A stretch of DNA of 28,771 bases from positions 1 to 28,771 of IMG/VR virus record IMGVR_UViG_3300038379_000184; one strand, written 5' to 3'. Below the pieces are notes generated by a model that saw nothing but the letters and a program-made list of their open reading frames with translations, was not told the DNA's origin and did no database searches. Source of the DNA: a virus. Its lineage: Duplodnaviria > Caudoviricetes. Numbering within the stretch: position 1 is the stretch's first letter; each line of letters begins with the position of its first letter. The translations under genes were made by a program, and so were the position numbers. Shown here in pieces: positions 24,101-28,771 of the stretch.

Positions 24101-26227
24101 GTCCTGCATCTTCGAGCCGGGGCCCGAGAACTCCTTCATGTAGCGGCGGGCGCCCTCATCGACCCAGTACATCCACAGCTTGGGCGCGAGGCGCGAGTCG
24201 TACTGCCCCTTCGCCATCTTCTTGCGGAGATTGGCCTCGATGCTCTGGCGCTGGTTGTACAGGGCCCGCTCGTTCTCGATGTAGAGTTCGAGTTCCGTCG
24301 CCGCGTGCTGGTCCACGGCCTCGGAGATGCTCTCGTTCGGGTTCGCCCCGACCTTGTAGCCCTTCTCCCGGGCCACGTTCAGCGCGGCGGCCACCGCCTG
24401 CTTCTGACCGAAGGGCTTGCCCTTCTGCGGGCCGCTGCTCGGGCCCTTGGTCATCAGCTTGGACACCTCCTTGCCGACGAACTCGCGCCCGCCCTTGCTC
24501 GACTTCGCCTCGCTGGCGCGGCTCGTCTCGATGAGACGGCGCGCGCCGGCCCGGATCGGGCTCGACTCATGCAGCGCGAGGGCCGCGAGGCGGTCCCGCA
24601 CCGCCTCCGCGAGCTTCGAGGGCTGGTCGCGCAGCCCGACCTGCCTCACCATCTCGATGCCGGTCAGGATGTCGCGCTCGCGGACCGACTCCATCGCCGC
24701 GTAGGCGCGGCGGAGGGTCGCGTGGCGGCTCTCCTGCTTCGGCGGGGAGGCGCCGTTGCCGTTCCCGCCGCCCTTCTTGGCGATGATGGCCTGGAGGCGC
24801 TGCTTCTGCGCGTCGTCCATCTGGCCCTGCATCCCCTGGGCCTGCTTGAGCGCCTCCTCGTCGCCCTGCTCGGCCTTCGCGAGCGTGCCCTCGATGTCCC
24901 CGCCGGCCGCGGGGGGCTGGCCGGGGGCCGCGGGGGGCTGCTGGCCCTGCGCGGGGGGCTGGCCGGGAGCCGGAGCCGCCGGCGCACCCGGCGCCGCCTG
25001 GCCGGGCTGGCCGTTGGCGGGCGGAGCGGCGGCCTGCTGCCCCTCCGGGGGCGCCGGCGGCTGACCGTTGGCCTGCGCGGGCTGGCCGTTGGCGGGCTCA
25101 CCGCCCGCGCCGGCCGCCTGCTGGCTCGCGGACTGCGCCGCGACCTGCTGCTGCGGGACGCTCGGTGCCGGGGGCTCGGTCCCGGTCGCGTCCTGCTGGT
25201 CCGCGCCGCGCGGCGAGGGCTGCCCGCCGACCGTGCCCTGCTCCACCTGCGTCGCCATGTTGTGGAGCATCTTCGCGAACGCAGCGCGGAGCGTGTCCAT
25301 CGGCACCTCGGTGCCGTCCGGGAGGCGCACGGCGTTCGTCGCGCTGCCCTGCTCGGTGCTCGGGACGTGCTCGGTGGGCGGCGTCTGCTGCTTCTGCTGC
25401 CCGCTCTTGCTGTTGGCGACCGCGCCGTCCGGGTTCGGCTGGTCCTTGCCGACGCCGCCGCGGTCGGACTGCGGCGCGTTGCTCACGCCGGAGTTGCCGG
25501 GCGACACGCCCGGGGGCTCGCCAGCCTCCAGGAGCGCGATCATCTTCGGCGTGGCGAGGCCGGAGAGGCGCACGGCCTCCGCGAGACGCCGCGAGACGCC
25601 GAGAACGGGCTTCGGGCGCGCGAAGTTCGCCAGCCGGGCCTTGAAGCGGTCCATCGTAGACTCGACCTTGAAGCCGGCGAACAGGTGCGAGGCGCTCTCG
25701 GAGAGGTTGCCGCCCTTGCCAGAGCCGTACAGGGACGCGATGAGGGCCTTCTCGACCAGCGCAGGCTCCAGCCCGGGGTTGCTCATCATGGCCTCGGGCA
25801 GCGTGTGGTCCACGTAGTCGAAGGCGTCGGCCAGCTTGGGGCCCTTGTAGGGCACCCCACCGTGGCGCGCGGCGACGCTCTCGATGGCCTTCATGTCCGG
25901 GCCGGTCGCCGCGACGAGCCCGCCGTTGTCGAGGTGGTCGGCGTAGCCGCCGAACGGGGTCACCTCCTTGATGAAGTGCTTCACTGCGAGGCCGTCGGGC
26001 ATCTGGAAGATCGGCCGCGACTCCACGAGCGGCGTGAACTCGCCCACATAGGCGATGACACGCTCACGGATGGGCCGCGGGAGGGCCTTCATCTCGGTGA
26101 GGAGGGCCGGAGCGTGCGCCAGCGCGCGCTCGACGTGGACCCAGGAGCGCAGCGAGGCCGAGTCCACCTTCACAGGAGACTCGGTGAGGGCGCGGTAGAC
26201 CCGGATGGCGCGTTCGAGGTTCTTCAA
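21161..26227 (-). CDS. Giant multidomain protein, 1688 aa: Q/P/A linker, small helical domains, degenerate P-loop domain, C-terminal ParB/Sulfiredoxin-like domain
   Basis: 'VIVAGSPTSGRG...VLVVD' and 'LKPIQNQI...SSDGYIIDGHHRF'. TTG start 2 nt after the upstream stop, with GGGAG upstream; the start is uncertain. Confidence 0.8.
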   Translation of the reverse strand: MKNLERAIRVYRALTESPVKVDSASLRSWVHVERALAHAPALLTEMKALPRPIRERVIAYVGEFTPLVESRPIFQMPDGLAVKHFIKEVTPFGGYADHLDNGGLVAATGPDMKAIESVAARHGGVPYKGPKLADAFDYVDHTLPEAMMSNPGLEPALVEKALIASLYGSGKGGNLSESASHLFAGFKVESTMDRFKARLANFARPKPVLGVSRRLAEAVRLSGLATPKMIALLEAGEPPGVSPGNSGVSNAPQSDRGGVGKDQPNPDGAVANSKSGQQKQQTPPTEHVPSTEQGSATNAVRLPDGTEVPMDTLRAAFAKMLHNMATQVEQGTVGGQPSPRGADQQDATGTEPPAPSVPQQQVAAQSASQQAAGAGGEPANGQPAQANGQPPAPPEGQQAAAPPANGQPGQAAPGAPAAPAPGQPPAQGQQPPAAPGQPPAAGGDIEGTLAKAEQGDEEALKQAQGMQGQMDDAQKQRLQAIIAKKGGGNGNGASPPKQESRHATLRRAYAAMESVRERDILTGIEMVRQVGLRDQPSKLAEAVRDRLAALALHESSPIRAGARRLIETSRASEAKSSKGGREFVGKEVSKLMTKGPSSGPQKGKPFGQKQAVAAALNVAREKGYKVGANPNESISEAVDQHAATELELYIENERALYNQRQSIEANLRKKMAKGQYDSRLAPKLWMYWVDEGARRYMKEFSGPGSKMQDVFNKETREAVAKSFAKDFEDRVKLGEAHSRDAYARTGQGDGFVVWEQASVIPGGSLPEGLSYGAGEAKPGTQVAIMESGTETCVVRLPNGDVVRAPKVHVREDAATGYLADQRVVTCSLSGMMEALAKDGVKQAVIVAGSPTSGRGYFIRTKLAPWARRMQERVGVAPFPSLESATGAEARREAVDEMRLATAREDHAALAAVRNESMFDQVLVTDPRFRHVAESGGVMLRDALPWKLYQTCRESFDRYFSIPAVRKYYNSMGGGKDKLAEAAVKRMVSERRTPAFVQMGGVLVVDAPPRTNIVKIAEAARASGLQVTLVEMRLDLATVLNRGKAAKLREARLIKSYNAARAGVDEARKSPHISRFVTYAWRSAGGPFEGRFVCEGGDGSMPGKNDVVSVEKDNIDGDLGPTREKSMAVTVESRKRHVREQLDVGQAAEAESCAGGMKEAGEQLKAAREAVFKLTAETLVKCAAMAQATGAKRTQKELAKAQQLAATFLDDIQNLAAQVDKANEVMKGENGGMGGDNLDAMKQMQANGAATPPAPTPAPAPAASPAVPATPALESVETADQAVALLLDTPLAERIARGEDYRSLNEAISGYMPNLDVRARVEAIDRIKAVTSVPADASLRVEFNPVDHRLLAEAVPFGSLAGVLVQRTRGGARTLASESEMHHAITALRKHGKAAHLMLANTLEAAIGGRGSLRRDGLTEFQDRSDAPAGAGFIFRDKRGSAGADMDRKGAFAELKRRDASDNWKLNVARISVDQAMTWAEATYRRYGGDLATDLPNLDKNFAWLKSRMKYAQDIPREYMPVIEPEDVQQFAKDLEGGHVDVFAPWAPEHAPNLFPWEKAGNPPMFGNKEWITLGVKDGSPEDDVVRVHGPAPVTVRTLKPIQNQIWFDKLILSTAAFGPATQNSFAAKKGFLIGSSDGYIIDGHHRFGQIALYDPDIKALVLSVGVDVETLLKVARSYGSALGHKAKG

Positions 26228-26229
26228 GG

Positions 26230-28767
26230 TTAGCTCCCACCTGCGGCGTTCAGCATCGCACTCACGTCGATCCCCTGCGCAACCGCCTCCGGGGCGTTCT
26301 GCGGGGCCATGACCACCGCCTGGACCTTCGTGTAGTGATCCTCGGGGTTCCGAGCATACACCGACGGGTCAGGGATGGCCGTCTCGTTCGGCCCGGGGAG
26401 GAACAGGACCCACCACTCGCTCTCGACCGACTCGCCGGGGATGCTCATGTCGGGGCTGGCGATGAGTTGAATCTCTCCGCGCTCCTGCTTGACGGCCGAC
26501 AGCACCTCCTGCACCTCGTCGCCCGTCAGCACGGGGTCGAAGAACAGGTACAGCGAGCCGGTGGAGTCATCGAACTCCACGTCCTGGAGCACGTCCATGT
26601 TCTGCGTGACGATCAGGCGGCGCAGGATCGCCTCCAGATGGTCGTCGGGCTGCGGGTTGTCGAGCGCCGTCGGCCCGGGGCTGCGCGTGGTGATCTGCTG
26701 CGCCATCTGCTCGGTGTTCTCGCCCAGGCGGCGCGCCGGCTGACGCTGCTGCCCAGCGTTGTGGCGGATGATGCGGTCCTGCACGTCGAGGATCTTGGCG
26801 CGGAGGGCGGCGCTCACGTCCATCGACTCCCGGTTGTAGTTCCCGAGCGCAGCGTGAAGCTGCTTGCCCTCACGCGAGCGGTGCCACTTCTTGGCGCCGC
26901 TGATACGCGCGCGGAGCCCGCGCTTCGCGTTCATCTTGTTCTGGAGCGACTTCTCCGCGTCCTTGTTCGGCTTCCTGGTCTGGTTCGCGCCGACGTGGAT
27001 GCGGAAGCCGCCGCGGATCTGCGTGGGGCCCTCGCCCGGCTTGCGCGGGCGCTTGGCCGAAGCGCGCTTGTCCTCATGGAACTCGCCCGCCACGCGCGTG
27101 TGGCCCTGGTCCGCGATGCGCTGCCGCGCGCGATCCTGAGCGAAGTACTCGTCCAGCCGCGCGGCCTCGCCGCGCCCGAGCGCGAGGCCGGTGCCCTCGT
27201 GGACGAGCGCGTAGAGCTTCGCCTCGCCCACGAGCTTGCGGACAGGCGCGAGCGCCAGCCCGAGACGCTCGGCCGCGCCGCGCGCGTCGCTCTCGGTCAC
27301 GAACAACTGGAGAGCCGCCGCCTGATGCGCCTCCAGGTGCTCGCCGCGCACTTCCACCATGCGCACGTTGGTCGGGTTCACCGCTTCCATCGCCATGCGC
27401 GCCATCCTCGGGCCCTGCGCCTTGGCGAAGGCCATCGCTCGCTGGAGCCCCTGACCGAGTTCGACGCCCTTCACCCCGGTGGCAGCCGCTTCGCCCGCGA
27501 ACAGGAGCCCCAACGGGGTCGCGAGGATGTGCATGGCGCCGTTCACGAAGAAGAACGCGAGGAGGAGCCGCCACATCCCCGTCTCAATGACGCGCTGGAA
27601 GTCGCCGTCCGTAAGGTAGTTCTCGAACGGGAGCGGCTTGTCGCCCTCCAGATGCTTCGAGCCGTGGCGCCCCAGCGCGGTGCTGACACGCCAGCCTCGC
27701 TTCCACATCGCGAGGTAGACCTGGTACGAGAGTTCGGCCGGGATCGCGAAGTCGATGACTTCCTGCTCGATGGCGTGCGCGACGTGCGACATACGCGCGA
27801 ACGCGCGCTGGATCGCCGGGAAGCCGAGCCACCTCGCCGCCTTGGAGATGGCGTTGAGGAGCATGGGCATCCCACCGATGATCGCGATGACGAAGCTGAG
27901 AACCGTGAGAAGCGTCACGGCCTCGGTCAACGGCCGGGGCGTGGCGAGCTTCTCGCGCTTCCCCTCCTGGACCCCGCGAAGTGCCGTCTCCATCTCCGAG
28001 TCGAGCCCCTGCGCGATGCGCAGGGTGGCCGTCACGGGGAGCTTGATCCCCGACGCCCGCTGCGCTTCGTCCCAGATGGCCTTGACCGCCCGGAGCGTGC
28101 CGAACGCCTTCCAGAGCTTGGCGAGGCGGGCGCTGAGAAACCCCAGCGCCTTGTCGGCCACGTCCTGGAGGATGCCCTCGGTCAGCGGCTTCTCGAAGGT
28201 GGCTTCGTAGTCCTCGGCCACGATGTCCTCGCGCGGGTCCAGCGCCAGGTACCTGGCCGGGTCGCGCGTGGCGAACAGCCTGAGCTTCGCGTGCTTGTTG
28301 TCGAACTCCGCCACGATGAGCGGGTCCTCGCGCTCCTCGATGCGGTAGTAGAGCCCATTCACCGGGCCCTCGAAGAACGCCTGCACGCCCTCCGCGCCGC
28401 CGTGCTCCTTGAGCGAGGAGTACGGAACGCTGACCACACGCGAGCAGGCCGCGTCGTTGAGGTAGTTCTCGAACGAGGCGCGACCGGACTCGATGATCTT
28501 CTGGATGCGAACAGCACGCGAGGTGCAGACGACCGGGACCTCGGCCGACTCCTTCACCTTCTTGCGCGCCTTCTCCTCCTTCGGCATCTGGAGTTCGTCT
28601 CCGCAGCGCGGGCAGAAACGAGGGTAGCGCCCGGGGTACTTCGGGACGCCGAACTGACACCCCGGGCACTGCCGCGCAGCGCCGTAGCGCACCATCGCGT
28701 TCGCCATGCCGTCGGTGATGCCAGTGCGGCGGCGACTCCCCTCGTCCAGCGGCGTCGGATCAGTCAT
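26230..28767 (-). CDS. Large multidomain protein, up to 845 aa: N-terminal zinc ribbon, two hydrophobic segments, basic region, acidic C-terminal domain
   Basis: 'CPGC...CPRC'; hydrophobic 'VTLLTVLSFVIAIIGGMPMLL' and 'LLLAFFFVNGAMHILATPLGLLF'. The start could be 28767 or the ATG at 28707. Confidence 0.75.
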   Translation of the reverse strand: MTDPTPLDEGSRRRTGITDGMANAMVRYGAARQCPGCQFGVPKYPGRYPRFCPRCGDELQMPKEEKARKKVKESAEVPVVCTSRAVRIQKIIESGRASFENYLNDAACSRVVSVPYSSLKEHGGAEGVQAFFEGPVNGLYYRIEEREDPLIVAEFDNKHAKLRLFATRDPARYLALDPREDIVAEDYEATFEKPLTEGILQDVADKALGFLSARLAKLWKAFGTLRAVKAIWDEAQRASGIKLPVTATLRIAQGLDSEMETALRGVQEGKREKLATPRPLTEAVTLLTVLSFVIAIIGGMPMLLNAISKAARWLGFPAIQRAFARMSHVAHAIEQEVIDFAIPAELSYQVYLAMWKRGWRVSTALGRHGSKHLEGDKPLPFENYLTDGDFQRVIETGMWRLLLAFFFVNGAMHILATPLGLLFAGEAAATGVKGVELGQGLQRAMAFAKAQGPRMARMAMEAVNPTNVRMVEVRGEHLEAHQAAALQLFVTESDARGAAERLGLALAPVRKLVGEAKLYALVHEGTGLALGRGEAARLDEYFAQDRARQRIADQGHTRVAGEFHEDKRASAKRPRKPGEGPTQIRGGFRIHVGANQTRKPNKDAEKSLQNKMNAKRGLRARISGAKKWHRSREGKQLHAALGNYNRESMDVSAALRAKILDVQDRIIRHNAGQQRQPARRLGENTEQMAQQITTRSPGPTALDNPQPDDHLEAILRRLIVTQNMDVLQDVEFDDSTGSLYLFFDPVLTGDEVQEVLSAVKQERGEIQLIASPDMSIPGESVESEWWVLFLPGPNETAIPDPSVYARNPEDHYTKVQAVVMAPQNAPEAVAQGIDVSAMLNAAGGS

Positions 28768-28771
28768 GGGT

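Noticed and set aside
24890-25110. Repetitive GC-rich DNA as a CRISPR array or repeat element
   Set aside because: It encodes the GQPPA/ANGQP low-complexity linker and has no repeat-spacer structure.
21095-26233. 1712-aa plus-strand ORF (and similar 1528-, 932-, 889-, 666- and 506-aa plus-strand ORFs)
   Set aside because: Antisense shadows of real minus-strand genes. High GC3 removes stop codons on the opposite strand; the translations are R/H/V/G-rich and have no recognisable motifs.
1-28771. Stop-codon recoding, or a diversity-generating retroelement acting on the fibre genes
   Set aside because: Genes end normally in TAG, TGA or TAA and pack tightly under the standard code. No reverse transcriptase or near-identical template/variable repeat pair was seen; the paralogous domains are diverged at protein level.

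Overview
The window is a GC-rich (roughly 70% by eye), densely packed virion morphogenesis module of a large myovirus with a T4-like head. All 21 credible genes are on the minus strand. In transcription order (right to left): two large multidomain proteins (845 aa and 1688 aa; the latter has a degenerate P-loop domain and a C-terminal ParB/Sulfiredoxin-like DGHHR domain), three probable capsid decoration proteins and a hypothetical protein, a ~1455-aa prohead protease fused to a scaffold-like region and interrupted next to its catalytic His by a LAGLIDADG intein, a gp23-like major capsid protein, two small proteins, a gp13-like neck protein, five accessory virion proteins (two paralogous pairs and a DUF2793-like fibre), a probable head-closure protein, an HK97 gp10/Mu gpG-like protein, a probable tail terminator, an enlarged 1207-aa tail sheath and the tail tube. 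No portal, terminase, tRNA, CRISPR array or integrase is visible. The most notable observations are: (1) one ~70-aa beta module recurring in the capsid, the sheath and two decoration proteins; (2) giant proteins punctuated by L/I/V/M-x-E motifs that look like polyproteins cut by the prohead protease into cargo domains; (3) candidate nested in-frame starts in the protease gene; (4) an exact 12-mer found at three operon-boundary positions. All family assignments come from motif recognition by eye, not database searches.
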